Assembly: GCA_019058315.1 (NCBI GenBank)
Contig: JAHPZH010000005.1
Coordinates: 288,001-352,000 of the forward strand
Length of the DNA: 64,000 bases
DNA from: Candidatus Helarchaeota archaeon
Lineage (GTDB): Archaea; Asgardarchaeota; Lokiarchaeia; Helarchaeales; RDOG01
Direction: 5' to 3'
Positions 43,094 to 53,486 of this stretch are shown one piece after another (the stretch's first letter is position 1; each line of letters starts with the position of its first letter). The notes below the pieces were generated by a model, which was given only the letters and a program-made list of their open reading frames with translations, searched no databases and was not told the DNA's origin. The translations under genes were made by a program, and so were the position numbers.

Positions 43094-44251
43094 TTATAGT
43101 CTTTCAAGCAAGTATTCTGTAATATCATACAATTTTATCTTTGATCCAGATTTTTCAATTGCGTCTTGGAGGTTACGGTAACAAAATGGGCAAGAAGTAA
43201 TTAATATATTTGCGCCTGTGGCTTCAGCTTCTTTAATTCGTTCCACTGCAATATCAACAGACCAATCTTTAAAGGCAGATTTCACACCTCCACCCGCTCC
43301 GCAGCACCAAGCATTTTTCTCATTTCGGGGCATTTCAATAAGATTTTTTTTACCCACAATAGCTTTAATTAACTTCCTTGGAGGCTTATAAATTCCACAA
43401 TGTCTTCCCAAGTGGCATGGATCATGATATGTTACTTTCTCATCAACAGTTTTTATTTCTAATTTTTTTTCAGAGAGTAATTTAGATAAGTATTCAGTTA
43501 TATGTAAAATATCAAAATCAGGTTTCTTGCCATAGAGTTTTTCGTAATCTTTCTTTAATGTTCTATAACATCCAGCGCATGAAGTTACTACAATTTTTGC
43601 CCCTGTTTTCTGGACAACATCTAAGTTGTGATTTGCGATTTCTTTTACACTATTTATCTGTCCGGTTCTTAAAAGAGGTGAAGTACAACACCATTCTTCA
43701 GGAGAAATTGTAAAATCAACGGCCATTCTTTTAAGAAGATCATATGTTGCCCTTGCAATTTTATTTTGCCTATATGAAGAGGTACAACCAACGAAATAAA
43801 GAACTTCAGCTTTATCTTTTAAATCGGCTTTTTCTTTGTCAGTAAGCCAATTTAAACGATTTTTATGAGGCTCAGCATAGGGATTGTGCTCTTTGTCAAT
43901 ATAACCAGAATAACCCTTATGTTCTGGTAACGGACCACATCCTGCTTCTACAGCTTCTGTTCGAAGTGCTTCAATAATTTCTACGATATGGTCTCCAATC
44001 CTCATATCGCAGATCTCACCGCAATTACCGCAGACAGGGCATGAAAATATTTTTTTTACTATGGAATCTGAGAACTTAATTTTTCCTTCGATAATACCTC
44101 TAGCAATCCAGACTTTACCTGAACCAAAATAAGGCTCAAACATAAACCTTTCTCCTGCAGGACAAGAAGGTAGATAAGTTTCTGAAGTATATTTACAAGT
44201 ATTACATCTTGTACAAATATATACATATTCTTTGACTTCGTCTAATGCCAT
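43094..44251 (-). CDS. Fe-S oxidoreductase (GlcF/HdrD-like; 4Fe-4S plus two CCG domains)
   Basis: CTRCNTC, CPVCGNCGEIC, WCC, TSCAGC, YHDPCHLGRH, CCGAGGG, SCPFC. Confidence 0.9.
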   Translation of the reverse strand: MALDEVKEYVYICTRCNTCKYTSETYLPSCPAGERFMFEPYFGSGKVWIARGIIEGKIKFSDSIVKKIFSCPVCGNCGEICDMRIGDHIVEIIEALRTEAVEAGCGPLPEHKGYSGYIDKEHNPYAEPHKNRLNWLTDKEKADLKDKAEVLYFVGCTSSYRQNKIARATYDLLKRMAVDFTISPEEWCCTSPLLRTGQINSVKEIANHNLDVVQKTGAKIVVTSCAGCYRTLKKDYEKLYGKKPDFDILHITEYLSKLLSEKKLEIKTVDEKVTYHDPCHLGRHCGIYKPPRKLIKAIVGKKNLIEMPRNEKNAWCCGAGGGVKSAFKDWSVDIAVERIKEAEATGANILITSCPFCYRNLQDAIEKSGSKIKLYDITEYLLERL

Positions 44252-44261
44252 ATTTTACACC

Positions 44262-45728
44262 TTATAGATTCCATCGTCCAGGATTCATAATTTCATTAGG
44301 ATCTAAAGCTTTTCTGACTCGTCTTGCTACTTTCACCCAATTTGGATCCATCGCTTTCAAGACTTTTTCAGAAGCCCAAGCGGGACATTTATACGGAATT
44401 GCACCAGAAGGTAAAGTAGCGGTTTCTAATAACTCTTGTAACATTGCTCGAACTTTCTCAGATTCTCCAGGAACAGCTTTATTAAATGGAACAAGATATC
44501 TTACAACCACAAAATGTCCAGCATCCATCATTTTTGAGAAGACTAATGGCTCAAAACCATGCTTCTCCATTACCTTCCAACCCTTATCATATGCATCTAT
44601 CCAAGTATTCGGGGGACAATATGTACCTAACCAACTCATCCCAGCCCCTTTATATTCTCCAATTTGTCCTCTAAATTCCATAAATGCTGGTAAACTTTGG
44701 GGTAATTTCATAATATCACCTTTCCCCATTGGAACAAAATCAATTTTCTTTCCATCTTCTTCTGCTACTTCTTGTGTAATTTCTTTTACTCTTTTTTGTT
44801 TTAATTTATCCTCTTCTTTTGTATCAGAGAATAAAATGATGATAGAAGTCAACATTGCTTCATTTAGACCTGCAGGAGGAAGTGGGTGCTTCATACCCGT
44901 CATCATTTTAATAGTAGGGGTGGAAAAGGTAGATTCTCCGTGAATAAGATCTCCATTAACTAGTCTCCGAAGTGTTTTATCAGCAGCAGAAAGACTTCTA
45001 TATGAAACGGTAATTGTGTTTCTCACAGTGGGGTTGGGAACAATTTTAACAGAACATTTTGTAACCACACCGGTCATTCCTTGCCAACCAATGAAGAGAC
45101 TTGTTAAGTCTGGCAAAGGGTATTTCATATTCCAGTTATCTGATATTGTATTACTCCCAATCTTTACGATTTCTCCCGTAGGAAGTACAACTTCCAATCC
45201 AACAATCCAATCACCCATAGCTCCCCATCTGACGCTAAATTCAGTGAGTCCTTCTAATAGAGCATTTGCTACTATAGATGTATATGGAGGAGAATAAGCA
45301 TAAGAATATATGAAGTCGGGATGATTTGTAGCAAGATATGCCTTCATATGCCCAAAAGTAACACCTGGTTCTACAATAGCATATTTTGCAACCTCATCAA
45401 CTTTGAGGATCTTGTTCATCCGTTTTAAATCAAGCATTATACCACCATGAACTGGAATGGTAAGACCCCCAATGTTAGCTGCTGCTATATAAGGTACAAC
45501 AGGAATTTTTTCATCATTTGCAATTTCAAGGACACCTCTAACTTCTTCCGTTGAATTTGGCATAACTATTGCTTCTGGATTACCTGGTTTGGCTTCTGTC
45601 ATATCTCGAGCATAAATATAGAGATCTTCTGGATCAGCTGACACCCATTGGTCGCCAACAACTCCAATAAGTTTATTAATTATATTTTCGTTTAATTTTC
45701 CATATTTTTCTGTCATTTTCGTCAACAC
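44262..45728 (-). CDS. FAD-linked oxidoreductase (GlcD/D-2-hydroxyacid dehydrogenase-like)
   Basis: LDLKRMNKIL, VEPGVT, GLEVVLPTGE, G..GVVT, DPNEIMNPG. Confidence 0.9.
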   Translation of the reverse strand: MLTKMTEKYGKLNENIINKLIGVVGDQWVSADPEDLYIYARDMTEAKPGNPEAIVMPNSTEEVRGVLEIANDEKIPVVPYIAAANIGGLTIPVHGGIMLDLKRMNKILKVDEVAKYAIVEPGVTFGHMKAYLATNHPDFIYSYAYSPPYTSIVANALLEGLTEFSVRWGAMGDWIVGLEVVLPTGEIVKIGSNTISDNWNMKYPLPDLTSLFIGWQGMTGVVTKCSVKIVPNPTVRNTITVSYRSLSAADKTLRRLVNGDLIHGESTFSTPTIKMMTGMKHPLPPAGLNEAMLTSIIILFSDTKEEDKLKQKRVKEITQEVAEEDGKKIDFVPMGKGDIMKLPQSLPAFMEFRGQIGEYKGAGMSWLGTYCPPNTWIDAYDKGWKVMEKHGFEPLVFSKMMDAGHFVVVRYLVPFNKAVPGESEKVRAMLQELLETATLPSGAIPYKCPAWASEKVLKAMDPNWVKVARRVRKALDPNEIMNPGRWNL

Positions 45729-45932
45729 ATTTGTATTAATTAGTTAATTAAATCTAATTTAATTGTAATTTGACTTAGAACTTACTTTGTTATAAGTCAA
45801 TTTATTAGATTTAAAAATAAATTTCGTTGTTATACAAATTATTTAATGAATATTATAATATTTTGAAAAATTGCACAATGCCTACAATTTATTATTAGAA
45901 ATCATAACTAATCAAAGTAATTTTAAAATAGC

Positions 45933-47111
45933 TCAAATTCTTCCTATTGTCTCAAATGGTATTTTATGACAAAACGGACAATCAACTGCACTATACATTT
46001 TTATCCAGCTTTTTAGATCTGATTCAAATTCTGGTTCAAACTCAAATAAGAGTTTTAATACTTGCGCTTTATTTAGTAGATAATTACCTTTCCAATTAAA
46101 ATTGACATAGTTTTTTTCATTTTTTACTTCAAAGTGAATATTTTTTTGTTGTTCAGTTTTTTCAAAGCTCAAATTGATCTCAAGCTCTTTATGATTATCA
46201 TACCAAATGCCACAACTAATTGGGTGTATATTTTTATGGATTTGGTAATTTAATTCCAAAGTATCTATATTTTCTAAATTTATTTGATAGAAAAAACAAG
46301 CCATGTAAGTTTTTTTTGTCTTTGGACAAGAATATAATCTCTTTTGATCAGCAATTTCAATAATATATGACTCTCCGATATGTAATTTTTGGAAAATATT
46401 CTTAAAAGTATCATGGGGAACAAGAGCATTTACTATATTTAGTTTTTTATTTTGATGTTCATAAATCTCGGGTTGGATTTCAAAAGGCTGTCGATTTTGA
46501 TCCAAAATCTGTAGATTGTACTTATCAGATTTTGAAAAAAGTGTTATATAATTAATGGGAGGTGTTATATTTGACAATTTCAAATAATTTCTTTTCTCAT
46601 TATAATCCATAAGACCATCTTTTTGGATTTTCCAATCAACAGATTTTTTTAATATCCATGTGTATCCTGTATAATTTGTAAAGAAGCTTGAAAGTTCTTC
46701 ATATTTTTTAAACCAGAATTCTTTTTTTCCTTCCAAGCTTGGTTTATCTTCATCTAAAGGTAAGAGTCGTAACAAACCATCTATCTTTTCTTTTATTCTC
46801 CAGAAATCAGAGATTACACGATATCTTTTTCTCTTTATTTTTTCAATTAAGCCAATATTTTTTAAATCATTTAAAGCACGACGGATATTATGTATTGGTT
46901 CATTTAATTTTTCACTCAATTCCTCTGTAAACTCACCCTTCTTGCTATGCAACAGTTCTTTATACAGATTTAGGGCTAGACCCTTTTTTCCACCTATAAC
47001 CCTTCTCCATGCTCCAATTACATTTTTACTAATCTTATTAAAATCAAGAGCTAAAGTTAAAAATCTCGAAATCTTATTTTCATACGGTTTATACTCTCTT
47101 ATTTCAGCCAT
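45933..47111 (-). CDS. wHTH DNA-binding protein with an unrecognised C-terminal domain
   Basis: TEELSEKLNEPIHNIRRALNDLKNIGLIEK (wHTH); terminal CPFC; divergent from the ArcS-core gene. Confidence 0.65.
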   Translation of the reverse strand: MAEIREYKPYENKISRFLTLALDFNKISKNVIGAWRRVIGGKKGLALNLYKELLHSKKGEFTEELSEKLNEPIHNIRRALNDLKNIGLIEKIKRKRYRVISDFWRIKEKIDGLLRLLPLDEDKPSLEGKKEFWFKKYEELSSFFTNYTGYTWILKKSVDWKIQKDGLMDYNEKRNYLKLSNITPPINYITLFSKSDKYNLQILDQNRQPFEIQPEIYEHQNKKLNIVNALVPHDTFKNIFQKLHIGESYIIEIADQKRLYSCPKTKKTYMACFFYQINLENIDTLELNYQIHKNIHPISCGIWYDNHKELEINLSFEKTEQQKNIHFEVKNEKNYVNFNWKGNYLLNKAQVLKLLFEFEPEFESDLKSWIKMYSAVDCPFCHKIPFETIGRI

Positions 47112-47239
47112 TTTTATTCACAATTTAATATATTTCTAATAAAAATAATTATTCATTCTAATGTATTACATTTTTTGTAATAAAAAGTTCTTTAAAAAAA
47201 TAGTTTTTTATATATTAAGACAATAAATAAAAGATTCTG

Positions 47240-47875
47240 GTGTATATTTTGAACGATAATCCACTTTTGTTCTTAAAAGGTGTCGGTAAGGATTATGTAG
47301 ACAACCCTATTTTCAATAATGCTCATAAAAAAATTATTGCTGAATATAAACCTTCTATTTCTGGTAAAATTGCGCTTTTTACTGTCTGTTCATGGGGTAA
47401 ACCTTATAGACAAAGCTATATTCATTATTTCATATTGAGATCCTTAATTAAAGCAAATTTATTAGATAAATTACAATTAATTGTTATTACTAATGCAGGT
47501 GTGGTCCCATATGAGTTAAGTGATAATTATCCATATTTTGCATATGATTGGGATCCACTACTTGAAACTCCAAAAATAAAGAAATTATATATTGAAATAT
47601 TAAATAAAAGATTAAATGAATTTTTAGAACATAAGAAGAAGTACTACAGTAAATTTTGCTGTTACTTAAGACATCAAAGCGAATCTTATCAATCTATAAT
47701 AAATATTGGGTTTGCATTAAAGTTAAAAATCCCAAATTTCGCAATTCATGAAGATAAAATCACACAAGACGAAATATCTCAAGTTTCTTTAGATTTCTAT
47801 GAAGATCATGATTTGGTCTTAATTACTAAACGTAATCTGGATAATCTTGTGAATAAAATAAAGGAGATAATTTAA
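47240..47875 (+). CDS. Stand-alone archaeosine synthase (ArcS) core / DUF5591 protein
   Basis: VCSWGKPYRQSYIH fits the ArcS signature (P)C-X3-KPY-X2-S-X2-H; GVVPYEL..YPY..YD; no TGT-like or PUA domain. Confidence 0.8.
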   Translation: MYILNDNPLLFLKGVGKDYVDNPIFNNAHKKIIAEYKPSISGKIALFTVCSWGKPYRQSYIHYFILRSLIKANLLDKLQLIVITNAGVVPYELSDNYPYFAYDWDPLLETPKIKKLYIEILNKRLNEFLEHKKKYYSKFCCYLRHQSESYQSIINIGFALKLKIPNFAIHEDKITQDEISQVSLDFYEDHDLVLITKRNLDNLVNKIKEII

Positions 47876-48600
47876 TGCTAGGTTCATGGTTTGATCAGGA
47901 TAAACAGGAAATTACTGTTATTTTAACTAATTTTCCATGTTCCTATAATCAATGCACTCATTGCCCTTTTGATATTGAAAGTATAGATGACGAGAAAGAA
48001 GTTACTATCACAAATAAACAAATAATTGATGAAGCTATAGAAAAGGTCGTGGAATTTGACCTTAAAAGAGTGAAGATTTTTAATGGAGGCAGTTTTCTTG
48101 AGTTACCAGATGAGGTATTTCCAATCCTTAAATCAATAACGGAGGGTAAGGATGTAAGCATAGAATCTAGACCAGAATTTCTCTCCAAAAAATCAATAGC
48201 ACTCATTTTTGATAAATTAAAACCTTTAAAACTTAATGTTTTCATTGGTTTTGATTCTGCGGATGATAATATTCGAAATGTCCTCCTTAATAAGGGTATT
48301 CCAAAAAGTGAATTAGACCGTATTTTAAATGAATTAAAAGATATTGAGAATGTCCAATTCTTTTCATATGTATTATTTGGTATCAGGGGAGTATCTGAAG
48401 AATCAGTTAAAGAAAGTGTTCTCTATTTTAATAATTATTTAAATGGAGTTTCCGCTATTGAATTTAGAGAAAATCCAAAATCTGAATTAAAACATCAAAA
48501 AATATCAGAATCGCTTAAAAAATTCCTAATTCAGAATTGTTTAAATGTTGATTTTATAGGGGATGATGATGAACAATGGTTATTGCCCGAAGAATCTTAA
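47875..48600 (+). CDS. RaSEA-like radical SAM protein (archaeosine synthase beta subunit family), shortened
   Basis: CSYNQCTHCPF, VKIFNGGSFL, IESRPEF, IGFDSADD.IR..LNKG; translationally coupled to the ArcS core (TAATG). Confidence 0.75.
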   Translation: MLGSWFDQDKQEITVILTNFPCSYNQCTHCPFDIESIDDEKEVTITNKQIIDEAIEKVVEFDLKRVKIFNGGSFLELPDEVFPILKSITEGKDVSIESRPEFLSKKSIALIFDKLKPLKLNVFIGFDSADDNIRNVLLNKGIPKSELDRILNELKDIENVQFFSYVLFGIRGVSEESVKESVLYFNNYLNGVSAIEFRENPKSELKHQKISESLKKFLIQNCLNVDFIGDDDEQWLLPEES

Positions 48601-48638
48601 GATTTTTGATTTAATAGTCTTTTATAAGGAATAAAGCT

Positions 48639-49961
48639 TTACATAACAACTTCTGTAAGGAATTCTCCAATTTTACCCCTGATAGTTTCTGATGTTACCT
48701 CTCTTGAATCATAGGGGTCACAAGCTATAATTAAAGATGGAACACCAGTCTCTTGACGAACTGATTCGGCAATTAATCGAGTAATTGAGTATGCATGCTT
48801 ACAAGCGAATTGGATTGGAATTATGACACAATCAATCTTATAATCCTTAACCCAGCGCATTACATAGTCCACATAGTATTCTGCGGGGCCTCTACACGTT
48901 CCAATCATGGAGAAGTCCAGAGTACCCTTTGCCAAGCTCTCAAAACATTTCTCTATTGTAGATGTATCATGAGGTTGGACTGGGTAAAACCCTAACAGGT
49001 CCATTATTATAGAAGCTTTGTAAGTCTCTTCTAGCCAAGGGAATAGCTCCCTATCGAAAAAGACGTGTGTATATGGCCAGGCTATGCGTATATTTTCGCC
49101 AGGGACGCCAGCTACTCCGTTTTTAACATTGTTTGCTGCATTATCTCTAATTAATTTTGTTGCTTTAACACCAACTTCAGTACCACCACGGGTGACCATT
49201 GTAAGAAAATTTTTCATAGGTTCAAGGCTGTTAACGGGACAAGGGACAGTTTTTAGGAGTTCATTGAATTCCGAGATATTTTCACGTGCTTGATTAACCC
49301 AGATCATTGTTTGTTTAAATTTCTCTTCATCTAATTTTCTATTCGTTTGTTGTTCTAACCAGGATATGAAATATTTTAATTGATTTAAAATATAATCCAA
49401 TGTTTTTTCATCAAAAAACTCGCTATTTGGGTCATTATAATCCCAATATGGAATATCAATGTTAAACTGGGGCACTCCTGTTAAATATTGAAAAACTTGG
49501 TAAGTCGTTGCTATTGAATTACACGGAGTCGAAAGAAAGAAAATAATATCAGGAATGGGTGCTATTCCATTTTCAAAAGCACCTATTAAAGGTCTTTGTG
49601 CATTACATAGAGTTGGGTTATCACCATATCCTATTTGATTTGTAAGATCGATGTAAAATTCATTTGCATGCATTGGAGCAAGACCAACACTAAAAACCTC
49701 TTGCATAAGAGGTTCTAAATCCATTGCATGAAATAATTCAGGACCATAATTAAATGGATGCATTACAATTGGTTTTTCTTTAATTCTAGCATTACCTACA
49801 TCAACGAACATATCTAGTACCATTTCCATAAATGGATCATATGGCTCGCTTTTAGCACCCACGAGAAATCCATCAAATAAAATTTTCCAAAGCTTAAAAT
49901 CCTTACCCCATTTTGCCCTTCTGTATTGCTTATATTTATTATACCATGGTTCCTCCATCAT
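48639..49961 (-). CDS. 2-hydroxyacyl-CoA dehydratase/benzoyl-CoA reductase family, alpha-type subunit
   Basis: LCNAQ, PCNS, ACKH; LMQE. Confidence 0.85.
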   Translation of the reverse strand: MMEEPWYNKYKQYRRAKWGKDFKLWKILFDGFLVGAKSEPYDPFMEMVLDMFVDVGNARIKEKPIVMHPFNYGPELFHAMDLEPLMQEVFSVGLAPMHANEFYIDLTNQIGYGDNPTLCNAQRPLIGAFENGIAPIPDIIFFLSTPCNSIATTYQVFQYLTGVPQFNIDIPYWDYNDPNSEFFDEKTLDYILNQLKYFISWLEQQTNRKLDEEKFKQTMIWVNQARENISEFNELLKTVPCPVNSLEPMKNFLTMVTRGGTEVGVKATKLIRDNAANNVKNGVAGVPGENIRIAWPYTHVFFDRELFPWLEETYKASIIMDLLGFYPVQPHDTSTIEKCFESLAKGTLDFSMIGTCRGPAEYYVDYVMRWVKDYKIDCVIIPIQFACKHAYSITRLIAESVRQETGVPSLIIACDPYDSREVTSETIRGKIGEFLTEVVM

Positions 49962-50018
49962 ATTACCTCAATTAAACATTTCCCAATATGAAAAATAAAA
50001 AAAATATCGATAATTAAT

Positions 50019-50804
50019 CTATTTCTTCTTTTCATACTCTTCTTTAGCTAGAAGAGCTGCACCGACTGCTCCAACAATCTGAGGGTCAACAGGTAACGGT
50101 TTGGTTTTTACTCCTAACCTTTTCTCTAAGTATGTAACCACACCAATATTTTTTGCGACTCCGCCAGTTATTGTTACATCTTCTTCAAGACCAACTTTAT
50201 AGACCTGAGACATGATTCTAGCTGCGATAGCATCATGTATACCTGCAACGATATCAGCAACTTCGGCACCATCAGCTATACGACTTACAACTTCTGTTTC
50301 AGCGAATACACTACATTGAGCAGTAATAGCTATTGGGCTTTTTGCTTGAAGAGAGATAGGACCGAGCTCTTCAAGCTTTAACTCTAGAGTTCTAGCCATA
50401 ACCTCTAAAAATCTCCCTGTTCCGGCAGCACATTTATCATTCATAGCAAAGTCAAGGAGCTTTCCATCCTTACTAACTTTTATAACTTTAAGATCTTGAC
50501 CACCCATATCAATTATCGTTCTTATCGATGGAATAAACGAATGGGCACCTTTTCCATGACAAGTTATTTCAGATATGTTTTTATCGGCAAAAGGTATTTT
50601 CACACGACCATAACCTGTTCCAACAATAAATTCTATATCCTCTTGAGTTAAATTTGATTTTTTTAGAACCTCATCCATAGCATTTCGAGCAGTTCTTTCG
50701 GGTTTAACAGTAGTTGGGACTATGCTATAGGCTATCATTGAACCGTTTTTATATATAACAGCTTTACCGGTCAAAGAACCGACATCACAACCTGCAATAA
50801 TCAT
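50019..50804 (-). CDS. ATP-dependent [4Fe-4S] activator (HgdC/HadI/BzdQ-like, ASKHA fold)
   Basis: GCDVGSLTGK, TGYGR, EITCH, DMGGQD, NDKCAAGTGRFLE, CSVFAETEV, GGVAKN. Confidence 0.95.
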   Translation of the reverse strand: MIIAGCDVGSLTGKAVIYKNGSMIAYSIVPTTVKPERTARNAMDEVLKKSNLTQEDIEFIVGTGYGRVKIPFADKNISEITCHGKGAHSFIPSIRTIIDMGGQDLKVIKVSKDGKLLDFAMNDKCAAGTGRFLEVMARTLELKLEELGPISLQAKSPIAITAQCSVFAETEVVSRIADGAEVADIVAGIHDAIAARIMSQVYKVGLEEDVTITGGVAKNIGVVTYLEKRLGVKTKPLPVDPQIVGAVGAALLAKEEYEKKK

Positions 50805-50818
50805 TAATAAAACCTCTA

Positions 50819-52198
50819 TTACATGACTACTTCCGTTAAAAACTCTGAAATCCTTCCTCTGATAGTTTCAGCGGGTACTTCTCTTGCATCGAATGGATCA
50901 CACCCGAAAATTAAAGACGGAATTCCAGTTTCTTCCTTTACAACTTCTGCCATTATCCGAAGCATAGAATAATTATGTTTGCAAGCGAATTGCATTGGTA
51001 CAATCACACAATCGCATTTATATTCCTTAACCCATCGTACAACGTGATCTATATAGAACTCTGCTGGACCCCTACAACTACCGACCATAGACATGTCTAG
51101 TGTTCCTCTAGCTAGGCTTTCAAAGCATTTTTCTACTGTAGATGTATCGTGAGATGGAACGGGGTAAAATCCTAGGAGATCCATAATAGTAACTGCATTA
51201 AAATTCTGTTCGAGATATGGAAATAGGTTCATCTCATCGAAGAAAACGTGGATGTATGGCCAAGCAATCCTGATTTTCTCGTCAGCTATGCCTCCAACTT
51301 TCTTCTTAACATTTGCTGATGCAACATCACGGAGTGATTTAGTTACCTTGACAGCCCCTTCAGTACCTCCGCAAAGTGCCATAGTAAACCAATTACTAAA
51401 TCCTGCTACACTGTTAACGGGGCAGGGAACTGCCTTTAACAGTTCTTGAAATTCCATTATATTTTCACGTGATTGATTAAGCCAACCCATTGTTTGTTTA
51501 AATCTTTCTTCTTCAAATTTTTGATTTGTATTCTTCTCCATCCAAGATACAAGGTTCTTTGACTGATTCAAAATATATCCTAATGTTTCTTCATCGTAAT
51601 AATCCTTGAATTGTTTTCTTTCTGGGTCATACTCCCAATATGGGATGTCCATAACGAATGTTGGAAGGTTTCCAACTAAATGTTGAAAGACTTGATATGT
51701 TATGGCTATAGAATTACAAGGAGTACTGGTAAAAAATAGCAGATCTGGGATAGGTGCAGCTTCTTTGAAATATGCTCCAATTAGAGGACGAGAAGCATTA
51801 CAGATCGTAGGATTATCACCGAATCCCATTTCATCAGTAAGGTCAATGTAAAATTCGTTCATACGGACGGGAGATAAGCCCACACTAAATAATTCTTGCA
51901 TAAGAGGTTGGATCCCCATCGCATAGAATATTTCTGGACCATAATTAAAAGTATGCATAATAATTGGCTTTCCTTCTACTCTTGCACTGCCAACATCAAG
52001 GAAAACATTTAGCATCATTTCCATAAATGGAACAAGTGGTTGATCCTTCGTTTGAGCAAGCATTGCACTGTACATACCCTTCCATAAACTAAAGCCCTTA
52101 CCTTTAATCTTTTCTCGACCCATTTTTTTATACTTTTTAAAAGTTTCCGCGTCCATTATTTTAGTATCGCCACCTTCACTACCAAATATACTTGCCAT
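50819..52198 (-). CDS. 2-hydroxyacyl-CoA dehydratase/benzoyl-CoA reductase family, alpha-type subunit
   Basis: ICNAS, PCNS, ACKH; LMQE. Confidence 0.85.
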   Translation of the reverse strand: MASIFGSEGGDTKIMDAETFKKYKKMGREKIKGKGFSLWKGMYSAMLAQTKDQPLVPFMEMMLNVFLDVGSARVEGKPIIMHTFNYGPEIFYAMGIQPLMQELFSVGLSPVRMNEFYIDLTDEMGFGDNPTICNASRPLIGAYFKEAAPIPDLLFFTSTPCNSIAITYQVFQHLVGNLPTFVMDIPYWEYDPERKQFKDYYDEETLGYILNQSKNLVSWMEKNTNQKFEEERFKQTMGWLNQSRENIMEFQELLKAVPCPVNSVAGFSNWFTMALCGGTEGAVKVTKSLRDVASANVKKKVGGIADEKIRIAWPYIHVFFDEMNLFPYLEQNFNAVTIMDLLGFYPVPSHDTSTVEKCFESLARGTLDMSMVGSCRGPAEFYIDHVVRWVKEYKCDCVIVPMQFACKHNYSMLRIMAEVVKEETGIPSLIFGCDPFDAREVPAETIRGRISEFLTEVVM

Positions 52199-52202
52199 TT
52201 TT

Positions 52203-53330
52203 TCATCTCGCCTCTAATACTTCTAAGAATGCTTGAATTCGGGTTTTTATAGCTCCAGCTCCACTAAGCACATACTCTCTTTCCAATTCGAGGGATGGAA
52301 TACCTTGTTCTTTTAAATCTCTCCGAAGCATGAAAATTTCACCCCACCAGAATGGACAGAACTTCATCCTCTGGAATAAAACACCATCAACATTATATTC
52401 TTTAATCATATCATTCATAAATTTCAACCTTTCAGGATATCCATCTGTCATACGTGGGCATGGCACCTTTGATAAATAGCGCTTAGCAAGAGCTTCTAGT
52501 GGATCTCCTGTTTCATCAACAAGATCCCAGAAATATCTAGATCCAAAACATAGTGAGTCCATAACTACAACACCACCAAGGTCCTCAATAAGCTTCATGT
52601 ACTCTGGATCATCCAACATACTTCCAATTATCATAATTCGTGCTTTAGAATTAGAAATATCTTTTTTAGCTTCCGCATCTTTTAATAATTGGGTTAAAAG
52701 TTCATTAAATTTATCTCTAGGAATCGTAACTCCTGCCACAGTAACATTTAACATTTCAGTACCAGTAATGGGAGGGGGATCACGTTTTCTAAGCTCATAT
52801 ATTTTTTTTAGAAGTTTACGGGACTCATTATAAACTTTAATTGAGCGTCTAAGATTATCATCTGTAATCTCTACTCCAAAAGCCTTCTTCAAACTATCCT
52901 TGAATTTAACTAATTCATGAGTAAACCAATCAATAGTGACATCATTAACAAAACAGGGAATACTTAAGAAATGATGGAAAGGAAATGGAGCCTTATATCT
53001 TATATTATCATAAAGACGACGGATTTGATCGCAAGTATTACCACAAACAATACCATCAATGAAATTGTATTGTTTTCTGTTTGCCAATTCAAGACAACAA
53101 CGAGTAAAACTACATGTAGTAGCAGACATATAAGCATCACCCATTGGAGTATCGGTACATTCCATTCCTATTGCTCTCATTCTAATTGGAAGAATATCTG
53201 CAGCGTAAATAAGCTCATCCGGTATGTAACTACAGAAATAACCTAAAACCTTTTTTCCTTCTTTTCTCCAGTTATCAATCCAAGAATTTGAAAGAGGAAT
53301 TGCTTGAGCAAATTCATTAATATTAGACAT
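52203..53330 (-). CDS. 2-hydroxyacyl-CoA dehydratase/benzoyl-CoA reductase family, beta-type subunit
   Basis: GKKVLGYFCSYIPDEL, TCSF, NTCDQIRR, KFCPF, KTRIQAFLE. Confidence 0.88.
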   Translation of the reverse strand: MSNINEFAQAIPLSNSWIDNWRKEGKKVLGYFCSYIPDELIYAADILPIRMRAIGMECTDTPMGDAYMSATTCSFTRCCLELANRKQYNFIDGIVCGNTCDQIRRLYDNIRYKAPFPFHHFLSIPCFVNDVTIDWFTHELVKFKDSLKKAFGVEITDDNLRRSIKVYNESRKLLKKIYELRKRDPPPITGTEMLNVTVAGVTIPRDKFNELLTQLLKDAEAKKDISNSKARIMIIGSMLDDPEYMKLIEDLGGVVVMDSLCFGSRYFWDLVDETGDPLEALAKRYLSKVPCPRMTDGYPERLKFMNDMIKEYNVDGVLFQRMKFCPFWWGEIFMLRRDLKEQGIPSLELEREYVLSGAGAIKTRIQAFLEVLEAR

Positions 53331-53486
53331 AATTAAAACCTTCAAATTAAATAAATTGAAAATGAATTTATGTTATATAAGAAAAACCAAAGTAACCTTA
53401 AAAAAATAATGATAACTCTTAGTTATTTCACAATTATAGTTTATTATTTACTAAATTCCGAATAAAATTGAGGCGAGGTAAAGAAA

